Positions 27,201-42,099 of a DNA stretch of 64,000 nt are shown here, one piece after another. This DNA comes from the human T2T-CHM13v2.0 reference genome, Homo sapiens. A program made the position numbers and the translations under genes. Where the stretch lies: the NCBI RefSeq assembly GCF_009914755.1, contig NC_060935.1; one strand, given 5' to 3'. The notes under the pieces are model-generated. The model saw only the letters and a program-made list of their open reading frames with translations. It was not told the DNA's origin and did not search any database. Position 1 is the first letter of the stretch. Each line of letters opens with the position of its first letter.

Positions 27201-28800
27201 TAGTGATCATTGCATTGAACTAACAGAGCTGAACATTCCTTTAGATGGAGCAGTTTCCAAACACACTTTCTGTAGAACCTGCAAGTGGATATTTGGACCT
27301 CTCTGAGGATTTCGTTGGAAACGGGATAAACTTCCCAGAACTACAGGGAAGCATTGTGAGAAACTTCTTTGTGATGTTTGCATTCAACTCACAGAGTTGA
27401 ACCTTGCTTTCATAGTTCAGCTTTCAAACACTCTTTTTGTAGAATCTGCAAGTGGATATTTGGACCACTTTGTGGCCTTCCTTCGAAACGGGTATATCTT
27501 CACATCAAACCTAGACAGAAGCATTCTCAGAATGTTTCCTGTGATGACTGCATTCAATTCACAGAGGTGAACAATCCTGCTGATGGAGCAGTTTTGAAAC
27601 TCTCTTTCTTTGGATTCTGCAAGTGGATATGTGGACCTCTGTGAAGATTTCGTTGGAAACGGGTTCATCTTCACAGAAAAACTAAACAGAAGCATTCTCA
27701 GAAACTGCTTTGTGATGTTTGTGTTCCACTTCAGGAATTGAACTTTCCTCTTGACAGAGCAGCTCTGAAACCCTCTTATTCTAGAATCTGCAAGTGGACA
27801 TTTGGAGGGCTTTGAGGCCTGTGGTGGAAAAGGAAAATCTTCACATAAAAACTAGATGGAAGCATTCTCAGAAACTACTTTGTGATGATTGTATTCGACT
27901 CACAGAGTTGAACATTCCTATAGATAGAGCAGGTTGTAAACAATCTTTTTGTAGAATCTGCGATTGGAGATTTGGACTGCTTTGAGGCCTACTGTAGTAA
28001 AGGAAATAACTTCATCTAAAAACCAAACGGAAGCATTCACAGACAATTCTTAGTGATCATTGCATTGAACTAACAGAGCTGAACATTCCTTTAGATGGAG
28101 CAGTTTCCAAACACACTTTCTGTAGAACCTGCAAGTGGATATTTGGACCTCTCTGAGGATTTCGTTGGAAACGGGATAAACTTCCCAGAACTACACGAAA
28201 GCATTGTGAGAAACTTCTTTGTGATGTTTGCATTCAACTCACAGAGTTGAACCTTGCTTTCATAGTTCAGCTTTCAAACACTCTTTTTGTAGAATCTGCA
28301 AGTGGATATTTGGACCACTTTGTGGCCTTCCTTCGAAACGGGTATATCTTCACATCAAACCTAGACAGAAGCATTCTCAGAATGTTTCCTGTGATGACTG
28401 CATTCAACTCACAGAGGTGAACAATCCTGCTGATGGAGCAGTTTTGAAACTCTCTTTCTTTGGATTCTGCAAGTGGATATGTGGACCTCTGTGAAGATTT
28501 CATTGGAAACGGGTTCATCTTCACAGAAAAACTAAACAGAAGCATTCTCAGAAACTGCTTTGTGATGTTTGTGTTCCACTTCAGGAATTGAACTTTCCTC
28601 TTGACAGAGCAGCTCTGAAACCCTCTTATTCTAGAATCTGCAAGTGGACATTTGGAGGGCTTTGAGGCCTGTGGTGGAAAAGGAAAATCTTCACATAAAA
28701 ACTAGATGGAAGCATTCTCAGAAACTACTTTGTGATGATTGCATTCGACTCACAGAGTTGAACATTCCTATAGATAGAGCAGGTTGTAAACAATCTTTTT
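15250..28800 (+). repeat. Tandem block duplication with 6799-bp (8-HOR) offset
   Basis: Shared rare variants: TTAGATAGCGC/GAATTTGC/CTCGG (15341-15410 vs 22141-22210), dead box+1-bp deletion (17112/23911), CATTCAATT (~20759/27558), TGTATTCG (~21091/27890) and TTTCATTGG (21699/28498). Confidence 0.85.
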
Positions 28801-29699
28801 GTAGAATCTGCGATTGGAGATTTGGACTGCTTTGAGGCCTACTGTAGTAAAGGAAATAACTTCATCTAAAAACCAAACGGAAGCATTCACAGACAATTCT
28901 TAGTGATCATTGCATTGAACTAACAGAGCTGAACATTCCTTTAGATGGAGCAGTTTCCAAACACACTTTCTGTAGAACCTGCAAGTGGATATTTGGACCT
29001 CTCTGAGGATTTCGTTGGAAACGGGATAAACTTCCCAGAGCTACACGGAAGCATTGTGAGAAACTTCTTTGTGATGTTTGCATTCAACTCACAGAGTTGA
29101 ACCTTGCTTTCATAGTTCAGCTTTCAAACACTCTTTTTGTAGAATCTGCAAGTGGATATTTGGACCACTTTGTGGCCTTCCTTCGAAACGGGTATATCTT
29201 CACATCAAACCTAGACAGAAGCATTCTCAGAATGTTTCCTGTGATGACTGCATTCAACTCACAGAGGTGAACAATCCTGCTGATGGAGCAGTTTTGAAAC
29301 TCTCTTTCTTTGGATTCTGCAAGTGAATATGTGGACCTCTGTGAAGATTTCGTTGGAAACGGGTTCATCTTCACAGAAAAACTAAACAGAAGCATTCTCA
29401 GAAACTGCTTTGTGATGTTTGTGTTCCACTTCAGGAATTGAACTTTCCTCTTGACAGAGCAGCTCTGAAACCCTCTTATTCTAGAATCTGCAAGTGGACA
29501 TTTGGAGGGCTTTGAGGCCTGTGGTGGAAAAGGAAAATCTTCACATAAAAACTAGATGGAAGCATTCTCAGAAACTACTTTGTGATGATTGCATTCGACT
29601 CACAGAGTTGAACATTCCTATAGATAGAGCAGGTTGTAAACAATCTTTTTGTAGAATCTGCGATTGGAGATTTGGACTGCTTTGAGGCCTACTGTAGTA

Positions 29700-32600
29700 A
29701 AGGAAATAACTTCATCTAAAAACCAAACGGAAGCATTCACAGACAATTCTTAGTGATCATTGCATTGAACTAACAGAGCTGAACATTCCTTTAGATGGAG
29801 CAGTTTCCAAACACACTTTCTGTAGAACCTGCAAGTGGATATTTGGAACTCTCTGAGGATTTCGTTGGAAACGGGATAAACTTCCCAGAGCTACACGGAA
29901 GCATTGTGAGAAACTTCTTTGTGATGTTTGCATTCAACTCACAGAGTTGAACCTTGCTTTCATAGTTCAGCTTTCAAACACTCTTTTTGTAGAATCTGCA
30001 AGTGGATATTTGGACCACTTTGTGGCCTTCCTTCGAAACGGGTATATCTTCACATCAAACCTAGACAGAAGCATTCTCAGAATGTTTCCTGTGATGACTG
30101 CATTCAACTCACAGAGGTGAACAATCCTGCTGATGGAGCAGTTTTGAAACTCTCTTTCTTTGGATTCTGCAAGTGGATATGTGGACCTCTGTGAAGATTT
30201 CGTTGGAAACGGGTTCATCTTCACAGAAAAACTAAACAGAAGCATTCTCAGAAACTGCTTTGTGATGTTTGTGTTCCACTTCAGGAATTGAACTTTCCTC
30301 TTGACAGAGCAGCTCTGAAACCCTCTTATTCTAGAATCTGCAAGTGGACATTTGGAGGGCTTTGAGGCCTGTGGTGGAAAAGGAAAATCTTCACATAAAA
30401 ACTAGATGGAAGCATTCTCAGAAACTACTTTGTGATGATTGCATTCGACTCACAGAGTTGAACATTCCTATAGATAGAGCAGGTTGTAAACAATCTTTTT
30501 GTACAATCTGCGATTGGAGATTTGGACTGCTTTGAGGCCTACTGTAGTAAAGGAAATAACTTCATCTAAAAACCAAACGGAAGCATTCACAGACAATTCT
30601 TAGTGATCATTGGATTGAACTAACAGAGCTGAACATTCCTTTAGATGGCGCAGTTTCCAAACACACTTTCTGTAGAATCTGCAAGTGGATATTTGGACTT
30701 CTCTGAGGATTTCGTTGGAAAAGAGATAAACTTCCAGAACTACACGGAAGCATTGTGAGAAACTTCTTTGTGATGTTTGCATTCAACTCACAGAGTTGAA
30801 CCTTGCTTTCATAGTTCAGCTTTCAAACACTCTTTTTGTAGAATCTGCAAGTGGATATTTGGACCACTTTGTGGCCTTCCTTCGAAACGGGTATATCTTC
30901 ACATCAAACCTAGACAGAAGCATTCTCAGAATGTTTCCTGTGATGACTGCATTCAACTTACAGAGGTGAACAATCCTGCTGATGGAGCAGTTTTGAAACT
31001 CTCTTTCTTTGGATTCTGCAAGTGGATATGTGGACCTCTGTGAAGATTTCGTTGGAAACGGGTTCATCTTCACAGAAAAACTAAACAGGAGCATTCTCAG
31101 AAACTGCTTTGTGATGTTTGTGTTCCACTTCAAGAATTGAACTTTCCTCTTGACAGAGCAGCTCTGAAATCCTATTTTTCTAGAATCTGCAAGTGGACAT
31201 TTGGAGGGCTTTGAGGCCTGTTGTGGAAATGGAAAATCTTCACATAAAAACTAGATGGAAGCATTCTCAGAAACTACTTTGTGATGATTGCATTCGACTC
31301 ACAGAGTTGAACATTCCTATAGATAGAGCAGGTTGTAAACAATCTTTTTGTAGAATCTGCGATTGGAGATTTGGACTGCTTTGAGGCCTACTGTAGTAAA
31401 GGAAATAACTTCATCTAAAAACCAAACGGAAGCATTCACAGACAATTCTTAGTGATCATTGGATTGAACTAACAGAGCTGAACATTCCTTTAGATGGAGC
31501 AGTTTCCAAACCCACTTTCTGTAGAATCTGCAAGTGGATATTTGGACTTCTCTGAGGATTTCGTTGGAAACGGGATAAACTTCCCAGAACTACAGGGAAG
31601 CATTGTGAGAAACTTCTTTGTGATGTTTGCATTCAACACACAGAGTTGAAACTTGCTTTCATAGTTCAGCTTTCAAACACTCTTTTTGGAGAATCTGCAA
31701 GTGGATATTTGGACCACTTTGTGGCCTTCCTTCGAAACGGGTATATCTTCACATCAAACCTAGACAGAAGCATTCTCAGAATGTTTCCTGTGATGACTGC
31801 ATTCAACTCACAGAGGTGAACAATCCTGTTGATGGAGCAGTTTTGAAAATCTCTTTCTTTGGATTCTGCAAGTGGATATGTGGACCTCTGTGAAGATTTC
31901 GTTGGAAACGGGTTCATCTTCACAGAAAAACTAAACAGAAGCATTCTCAGAAACTGCTTTGTGATGTTTGTGTTCCACTTCAGGAATTGAACTTTCCTCT
32001 TGACAGAGCAGCTCTGAAACCCTCTTATTCTAGAATCTGCAAGTGGACATTTGGAGGGCTTTGAGGCCTGTGGTGGAAAAGGAAAATCTTCACATAAAAA
32101 CTAGATGGAAGCATTCTCAGAAACTACTTTGTGATGATTGCATTCGACTCACAGAGTTGAACATTCCTATAGATAGAGCAGGTTGTAAACAATCTTTTTG
32201 TAGAATCTGCGATTGGAGATTTGGACTGCTTTGAGGCCTACTGTAGTAAAGGAAATAACTTCATCTAAAAACAAAACGGAAGCATTCACAGACAATTCTT
32301 AGTGATCATTGCATTGAACTAACAGAGCTGAACATTCCTTTAGATGGAGCAGTTTCCAAACACACTTTCTGTAGAACCTGCAAGTGGATATTTGGACCTC
32401 TCTGAGGATTTCGTTGGAAACGGGATAAACTTCCCAGAACTACACGAAAGCATTGTGAGAAACTTCTTTGTGATGTTTGCATTCAACTCACAGAGTTGAA
32501 CCTTGCTTTCATAGTTCTGCTTTCAAACACTCTTTTTGTAGAATCTGCAAGTGGATATTTGGACCACTTTGTGGCCTTCCTTCGAAACGGGTATATCTTC

Positions 32601-35600
32601 ACATCAAACCTAGACAGAAGCATTCTCAGAATGTTTCCTGTGATGACTGCATTCAACTCACAGAGGTGAACAATCCTGCTGATGGAGCAGTTTTGAAACT
32701 CTCTTTCTTTGGATTCTGCAAGTGGATATGTGGACCTCTGTGAAGATTTCGTTGGAAACGGGTTCATCTTCACAGAAAAACTAAACAGAAGCATTCTCAG
32801 AAACTGCTTTGTGATGTTTGTGTTCCACTTCAGGAATTGAACTTTCCTCTTGACAGAGCAGCTCTGAAACCCTCTTATTCTAGAATCTGCAAGTGGACAT
32901 TTGGAGGGCTTTGAGGCCTGTGGTGGAAAAGGAAAATCTTCACATAAAAACTAGATGGAAGCATTCTCAGAAACTACTTTGTGATGATTGCATTCGACTC
33001 ACAGAGTTGAACATTCCTATAGATAGAGCAGGTTGTAAACAATCTTTTTGTAGAATCTGCGATTGGAGATTTGGACTGCTTTGAGGCCTACTGTAGTAAA
33101 GGAAATAACTTCATCTAAAAACCAAACGGAAGCATTCACAGACAATTCTTAGTGATCATTGCATTGAACTAACAGAGCTGAACATTCCTTTAGATGGAGC
33201 AGTTTCCAAACACACTTTCTGTAGAACCTGCAAGTGGATATTTGGACCTCTCTGAGGATTTCGTTGGAAACGGGATAAACTTCCCAGAGCTACACGGAAG
33301 CATTGTGAGAAACTTCTTTGTGATGTTTGCATTCAACTCACAGAGTTGAACCTTGCTTTCATAGTTCAGCTTTCAAACACTCTTTTTGTAGAATCTGCAA
33401 GTGGATATTTGGACCACTTTGTGGCCTTCCTTCGAAACGGGTATATCTTCACATCAAACCTAGACAGAAGCATTCTCAGAATGTTTCCTGTGATGACTGC
33501 ATTCAACTCACAGAGGTGAACAATCCTGCTGATGGAGCAGTTTTGAAACTCTCTTTCTTTGGATTCTGCAAGTGGATATGTGGACCTCTGTGAAGATTTC
33601 GTTGGAAACGGGTTCATCTTCACAGAAAAACTAAACAGAAGCATTCTCAGAAACTGCTTTGTGATGTTTGTGTTCCACTTCAGGAATTGAACTTTCCTCT
33701 TGACAGAGCAGCTCTGAAACCCTCTTATTCTAGAATCTGCAAGTGGACATTTGGAGGGCTTTGAGGCCTGTGGTGGAAAAGGAAAATCTTCACATAAAAA
33801 CTAGATGGAAGCATTCTCAGAAACTACTTTGTGATGATTGCATTCGACTCACAGAGTTGAACATTCCTATAGATAGAGCAGGTTGTAAACAATCTTTTTG
33901 TAGAATCTGCGATTGGAGATTTGGACTGCTTTGAGGCCTACTGTAGTAAAGGAAATAACTTCATCTAAAAACCAAACGGAAGCATTCACAGACAATTCTT
34001 AGTGATCATTGCATTGAACTAACAGAGCTGAACATTCCTTTAGATGGAGCAGTTTCCAAACACACTTTCTGTAGAACCTGCAAGTGGATATTTGGACCTC
34101 TCTGAGGATTTCGTTGGAAACGGGATAAACTTCCCAGAGCTACACGGAAGCATTGTGAGAAACTTCTTTGTGATGTTTGCATTCAACTCACAGAGTTGAA
34201 CCTTGCTTTCATAGTTCAGCTTTCAAACACTCTTTTTGTAGAATCTGCAAGTGGATATTTGGACCACTTTGTGGCCTTCCTTCGAAACGGGTATATCTTC
34301 ACATCAAACCTAGACAGAAGCATTCTCAGAATGTTTCCTGTGATGACTGCATTCAACTCACAGAGGTGAACAATCCTGCTGATGGAGCAGTTTTGAAACT
34401 CTCTTTCTTTGGATTCTGCAAGTGGATATGTGGACCTCTGTGAAGATTTCGTTGGAAACGGGTTCATCTTCACAGAAAAACTAAACAGAAGCATTCTCAG
34501 AAACTGCTTTGTGATGTTTGTGTTCCACTTCAGGAATTGAACTTTCCTCTTGACAGAGCAGCTCTGAAACCCTCTTATTCTAGAATCTGCAAGTGGACAT
34601 TTGGAGGGCTTTGAGGCCTGTGGTGGAAAAGGAAAATCTTCACATAAAAACTAGATGGAAGCATTCTCAGAAACTACTTTGTGATGATTGCATTCGACTC
34701 ACAGAGTTGAACATTCCTATAGATAGAGCAGGTTGTAAACAATCTTTTTGTAGAATCTGCGATTGGAGATTTGGACTGCTTTGAGGCCTACTGTAGTAAA
34801 GGAAATAACTTCATCTAAAAACCAAACGGAAGCATTCACAGACAATTCTTAGTGATCATTGCATTGAACTAACAGAGCTGAACATTCCTTTAGATGGAGC
34901 AGTTTCCAAACACACTTTCTGTAGAACCTGCAAGTGGATATTTGGACCTCTCTGAGGATTTCGTTGGAAACGGGATAAACTTCCCAGAGCTACACGGAAG
35001 CATTGTGAGAAACTTCTTTGTGATGTTTGCATTCAACTCACAGAGTTGAACCTTGCTTTCATAGTTCAGCTTTCAAACACTCTTTTTGTAGAATCTGCAA
35101 GTGGATATTTGGACCACTTTGTGGCCTTCCTTCGAAACGGGTATATCTTCACATCAAACCTAGACAGAAGCATTCTCAGAATGTTTCCTGTGATGACTGC
35201 ATTCAACTCACAGAGGTGAACAATCCTGCTGATGGAGCAGTTTTGAAACTCTCTTTCTTTGGATTCTGCAAGTGGATATGTGGACCTCTGTGAAGATTTC
35301 GTTGGAAACGGGTTCATCTTCACAGAAAAACTAAACAGAAGCATTCTCAGAAACTGCTTTGTGATGTTTGTGTTCCACTTCAGGAATTGAACTTTCCTCT
35401 TGACAGAGCAGCTCTGAAACCCTCTTATTCTAGAATCTGCAAGTGGACATTTGGAGGGCTTTGAGGCCTGTGGTGGAAAAGGAAAATCTTCACATAAAAA
35501 CTAGATGGAAGCATTCTCAGAAACTACTTTGTGATGATTGCATTCGACTCACAGAGTTGAACATTCCTATAGATAGAGCAGGTTGTAAACAATCTTTTTG

Positions 35601-38600
35601 TAGAATCTGCGATTGGAGATTTGGACTGCTTTGAGGCCTACTGTAGTAAAGGAAATAACTTCATCTAAAAACCAAACGGAAGCATTCACAGACAATTCTT
35701 AGTGATCATTGCATTGAACTAACAGAGCTGAACATTCCTTTAGATGGAGCAGTTTCCAAACACACTTTCTGTAGAACCTGCAAGTGGATATTTGGAACTC
35801 TCTGAGGATTTCGTTGGAAACGGGATAAACTTCCCAGAGCTACACGGAAGCATTGTGAGAAACTTCTTTGTGATGTTTGCATTCAACTCACAGAGTTGAA
35901 CCTTGCTTTCATAGTTCAGCTTTCAAACACTCTTTTTGTAGAATCTGCAAGTGGATATTTGGACCACTTTGTGGCCTTCCTTCGAAACGGGTATATCTTC
36001 ACATCAAACCTAGACAGAAGCATTCTCAGAATGTTTCCTGTGATGACTGCATTCAACTCACAGAGGTGAACAATCCTGCTGATGGAGCAGTTTTGAAACT
36101 CTCTTTCTTTGGATTCTGCAAGTGGATATGTGGACCTCTGTGAAGATTTCGTTGGAAACGGGTTCATCTTCACAGAAAAACTAAACAGAAGCATTCTCAG
36201 AAACTGCTTTGTGATGTTTGTGTTCCACTTCAGGAATTGAACTTTCCTCTTGACAGAGCAGCTCTGAAACCCTCTTATTCTAGAATCTGCAAGTGGACAT
36301 TTGGAGGGCTTTGAGGCCTGTGGTGGAAAAGGAAAATCTTCACATAAAAACTAGATGGAAGCATTCTCAGAAACTACTTTGTGATGATTGCATTCGACTC
36401 ACAGAGTTGAACATTCCTATAGATAGAGCAGGTTGTAAACAATCTTTTTGTACAATCTGCGATTGGAGATTTGGACTGCTTTGAGGCCTACTGTAGTAAA
36501 GGAAATAACTTCATCTAAAAACCAAACGGAAGCATTCACAGACAATTCTTAGTGATCATTGCATTGAACTAACAGAGCTGAACATTCCTTTAGATGGAGC
36601 AGTTTCCAAACACACTTTCTGTAGAACCTGCAAGTGGATATTTGGAACTCTCTGAGGATTTCGTTGGAAACGGGATAAACTTCCCAGAGCTACACGGAAG
36701 CATTGTGAGAAACTTCTTTGTGATGTTTGCATTCAACTCACAGAGTTGAACCTTGCTTTCATAGTTCAGCTTTCAAACACTCTTTTTGTAGAATCTGCAA
36801 GTGGATATTTGGACCACTTTGTGGCCTTCCTTCGAAACGGGTATATCTTCACATCAAACCTAGACAGAAGCATTCTCAGAATGTTTCCTGTGATGACTGC
36901 ATTCAACTCACAGAGGTGAACAATCCTGCTGATGGAGCAGTTTTGAAACTCTCTTTCTTTGGATTCTGCAAGTGGATATGTGGACCTCTGTGAAGATTTC
37001 GTTGGAAACGGGTTCATCTTCACAGAAAAACTAAACAGAAGCATTCTCAGAAACTGCTTTGTGATGTTTGTGTTCCACTTCAGGAATTGAACTTTCCTCT
37101 TGACAGAGCAGCTCTGAAACCCTCTTATTCTAGAATCTGCAAGTGGACATTTGGAGGGCTTTGAGGCCTGTGGTGGAAAAGGAAAATCTTCACATAAAAA
37201 CTAGATGGAAGCATTCTCAGAAACTACTTTGTGATGATTGCATTCGACTCACAGAGTTGAACATTCCTATAGATAGAGCAGGTTGTAAACAATCTTTTTG
37301 TACAATCTGCGATTGGAGATTTGGACTGCTTTGAGGCCTACTGTAGTAAAGGAAATAACTTCATCTAAAAACCAAACGGAAGCATTCACAGACAATTCTT
37401 AGTGATCATTGCATTGAACTAACAGAGCTGAACATTCCTTTAGATGGCGCAGTTTCCAAACACACTTTCTGTAGAATCTGCAAGTGGATATTTGGACTTC
37501 TCTGAGGATTTCGTTGGAAAAGAGATAAACTTCCAGAACTACACGGAAGCATTGTGAGAAACTTCTTTGTGATGTTTGCATTCAACTCACAGAGTTGAAC
37601 CTTGCTTTCATAGTTCAGCTTTCAAACACTCTTTTTGTAGAATCTGCAAGTGGATATTTGGACCACTTTGTGGCCTTCCTTCGAAACGGGTATATCTTCA
37701 CATCAAACCTAGACAGAAGCATTCTCAGAATGTTTCCTGTGATGACTGCATTCAACTTACAGAGGTGAACAATCCTGCTGATGGAGCAGTTTTGAAACTC
37801 TCTTTCTTTGGATTCTGCAAGTGGATATGTGGACCTCTGTGAAGATTTCGTTGGAAACGGGTTCATCTTCACAGAAAAACTAAACAGGAGCATTCTCAGA
37901 AACTGCTTTGTGATGTTTGTGTTCCACTTCAAGAATTGAACTTTCCTCTTGACAGAGCAGCTCTGAAATCCTATTTTTCTAGAATCTGCAAGTGGACATT
38001 TGGAGGGCTTTGAGGCCTGTTGTGGAAATGGAAAATCTTCACATAAAAACTAGATGGAAGCATTCTCAGAAACTACTTTGTGATGATTGCATTCGACTCA
38101 CAGAGTTGAACATTCCTATAGATAGAGCAGGTTGTAAACAATCTTTTTGTAGAATCTGCGATTGGAGATTTGGACTGCTTTGAGGCCTACTGTAGTAAAG
38201 GAAATAACTTCATCTAAAAACCAAACGGAAGCATTCACAGACAATTCTTAGTGATCATTGGATTGAACTAACAGAGCTGAACATTCCTTTAGATGGAGCA
38301 GTTTCCAAACCCACTTTCTGTAGAATCTGCAAGTGGATATTTGGACTTCTCTGAGGATTTCGTTGGAAACGGGATAAACTTCCCAGAACTACAGGGAAGC
38401 ATTGTGAGAAACTTCTTTGTGATGTTTGCATTCAACACACAGAGTTGAAACTTGCTTTCATAGTTCAGCTTTCAAACACTCTTTTTGGAGAATCTGCAAG
38501 TGGATATTTGGACCACTTTGTGGCCTTCCTTCGAAACGGGTATATCTTCACATCAAACCTAGACAGAAGCATTCTCAGAATGTTTCCTGTGATGACTGCA

Positions 38601-41300
38601 TTCAACTCACAGAGGTGAACAATCCTGTTGATGGAGCAGTTTTGAAAATCTCTTTCTTTGGATTCTGCAAGTGGATATGTGGACCTCTGTGAAGATTTCG
38701 TTGGAAACGGGTTCATCTTCACAGAAAAACTAAACAGAAGCATTCTCAGAAACTGCTTTGTGATGTTTGTGTTCCACTTCAGGAATTGAACTTTCCTCTT
38801 GACAGAGCAGCTCTGAAACCCTCTTATTCTAGAATCTGCAAGTGGACATTTGGAGGGCTTTGAGGCCTGTGGTGGAAAAGGAAAATCTTCACATAAAAAC
38901 TAGATGGAAGCATTCTCAGAAACTACTTTGTGATGATTGCATTCGACTCACAGAGTTGAACATTCCTATAGATAGAGCAGGTTGTAAACAATCTTTTTGT
39001 AGAATCTGCGATTGGAGATTTGGACTGCTTTGAGGCCTACTGTAGTAAAGGAAATAACTTCATCTAAAAACAAAACGGAAGCATTCACAGACAATTCTTA
39101 GTGATCATTGCATTGAACTAACAGAGCTGAACATTCCTTTAGATGGAGCAGTTTCCAAACACACTTTCTGTAGAACCTGCAAGTGGATATTTGGACCTCT
39201 CTGAGGATTTCGTTGGAAACGGGATAAACTTCCCAGAACTACACGAAAGCATTGTGAGAAACTTCTTTGTGATGTTTGCATTCAACTCACAGAGTTGAAC
39301 CTTGCTTTCATAGTTCAGCTTTCAAACACTCTTTTTGTAGAATCTGCAAGTGGATATTTGGACCACTTTGTGGCCTTCCTTCGAAACGGGTATATCTTCA
39401 CATCAAACCTAGACAGAAGCATTCTCAGAATGTTTCCTGTGATGACTGCATTCAACTCACAGAGGTGAACAATCCTGCTGATGGAGCAGTTTTGAAACTC
39501 TCTTTCTTTGGATTCTGCAAGTGGATATGTGGACCTCTGTGAAGATTTCGTTGGAAACGGGTTCATCTTCACAGAAAAACTAAACAGAAGCATTCTCAGA
39601 AACTGCTTTGTGATGTTTGTGTTCCACTTCAGGAATTGAACTTTCCTCTTGACAGAGCAGCTCTGAAACCCTCTTATTCTAGAATCTGCAAGTGGACATT
39701 TGGAGGGCTTTGAGGCCTGTGGTGGAAAAGGAAAATCTTCACATAAAAACTAGATGGAAGCATTCTCAGAAACTACTTTGTGATGATTGCATTCGACTCA
39801 CAGAGTTGAACATTCCTATAGATAGAGCAGGTTGTAAACAATCTTTTTGTAGAATCTGCGATTGGAGATTTGGACTGCTTTGAGGCCTACTGTAGTAAAG
39901 GAAATAACTTCATCTAAAAACCAAACGGAAGCATTCACAGACAATTCTTAGTGATCATTGCATTGAACTAACAGAGCTGAACATTCCTTTAGATGGAGCA
40001 GTTTCCAAACACACTTTCTGTAGAACCTGCAAGTGGATATTTGGACCTCTCTGAGGATTTCGTTGGAAACGGGATAAACTTCCCAGAGCTACACGGAAGC
40101 ATTGTGAGAAACTTCTTTGTGATGTTTGCATTCAACTCACAGAGTTGAACCTTGCTTTCATAGTTCAGCTTTCAAACACTCTTTTTGTAGAATCTGCAAG
40201 TGGATATTTGGACCACTTTGTGGCCTTCCTTCGAAACGGGTATATCTTCACATCAAACCTAGACAGAAGCATTCTCAGAATGTTTCCTGTGATGACTGCA
40301 TTCAACTCACAGAGGTGAACAATCCTGCTGATGGAGCAGTTTTGAAACTCTCTTTCTTTGGATTCTGCAAGTGGATATGTGGACCTCTGTGAAGATTTCG
40401 TTGGAAACGGGTTCATCTTCACAGAAAAACTAAACAGAAGCATTCTCAGAAACTGCTTTGTGATGTTTGTGTTCCACTTCAGGAATTGAACTTTCCTCTT
40501 GACAGAGCAGCTCTGAAACCCTCTTATTCTAGAATCTGCAAGTGGACATTTGGAGGGCTTTGAGGCCTGTGGTGGAAAAGGAAAATCTTCACATAAAAAC
40601 TAGATGGAAGCATTCTCAGAAACTACTTTGTGATGATTGCATTCGACTCACAGAGTTGAACATTCCTATAGATAGAGCAGGTTGTAAACAATCTTTTTGT
40701 AGAATCTGCGATTGGAGATTTGGACTGCTTTGAGGCCTACTGTAGTAAAGGAAATAACTTCATCTAAAAACAAAACGGAAGCATTCACAGACAATTCTTA
40801 GTGATCATTGCATTGAACTAACAGAGCTGAACATTCCTTTAGATGGAGCAGTTTCCAAACACACTTTCTGTAGAACCTGCAAGTGGATATTTGGACCTCT
40901 CTGAGGATTTCGTTGGAAACGGGATAAACTTCCCAGAGCTACACGGAAGCATTGTGAGAAACTTCTTTGTGATGTTTGCATTCAACTCACAGAGTTGAAC
41001 CTTGCTTTCATAGTTCAGCTTTCAAACACTCTTTTTGTAGAATCTGCAAGTGGATATTTGGACCACTTTGTGGCCTTCCTTCGAAACGGGTATATCTTCA
41101 CATCAAACCTAGACAGAAGCATTCTCAGAATGTTTCCTGTGATGACTGCATTCAACTCACAGAGGTGAACAATCCTGCTGATGGAGCAGTTTTGAAACTC
41201 TCTTTCTTTGGATTCTGCAAGTGGATATGTGGACCTCTGTGAAGATTTCGTTGGAAACGGGTTCATCTTCACAGAAAAACTAAACAGAAGCATTCTCAGA
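29700..41300 (+). repeat. Second 6799-bp (8-HOR) offset block duplication
   Basis: Shared variants: GGAACTCTC (~29845/36644), GTACAATC (~30501/37300), AAAAGAGA box (30710/37509), CAACTTAC (~30954/37753), CAACACACAGAGTTGAAA (~31634/38433), GAAAATCTC (~31845/38644) and ACGAAAG (~32444/39243). Confidence 0.85.
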
Positions 41301-42099
41301 AACTGCTTTGTGATGTTTGTGTTCCACTTCAGGAATTGAACTTTCCTCTTGACAGAGCAGCTCTGAAACCCTCTTATTCTAGAATCTGCAAGTGGACATT
41401 TGGAGGGCTTTGAGGCCTGTGGTGGAAAAGGAAAATCTTCACATAAAAACTAGATGGAAGCATTCTCAGAAACTACTTTGTGATGATTGCATTCGACTCA
41501 CAGAGTTGAACATTCCTATAGATAGAGCAGGTTGTAAACAATCTTTTTGTAGAATCTGCGATTGGAGATTTGGACTGCTTTGAGGCCTACTGTAGTAAAG
41601 GAAATAACTTCATCTAAAAACAAAACGGAAGCATTCACAGACAATTCTTAGTGATCATTGCATTGAACTAACAGAGCTGAACATTCCTTTAGATGGAGCA
41701 GTTTCCAAACACACTTTCTGTAGAACCTGCAAGTGGATATTTGGACCTCTCTGAGGATTTCGTTGGAAACGGGATAAACTTCCCAGAACTACACGGAAGC
41801 ATTGTGAGAAACTTCTTTGTGATGTTTGCATTCAACTCACAGAGTTGAACCTTGCTTTCATAGTTCAGCTTTCAAACACTCTTTTTGTAGAATCTGCAAG
41901 TGGATATTTGGACCACTTTGTGGCCTTCCTTCGAAACGGGTATATCTTCACATCAAACCTAGACAGAAGCATTCTCAGAATGTTTCCTGTGATGACTGCA
42001 TTCAACTCACAGAGGTGAACAATCCTGCTGATGGAGCAGTTTTGAAACTCTCTTTCTTTGGATTCTGCAAGTGGATATGTGGACCTCTGTGAAGATTTC

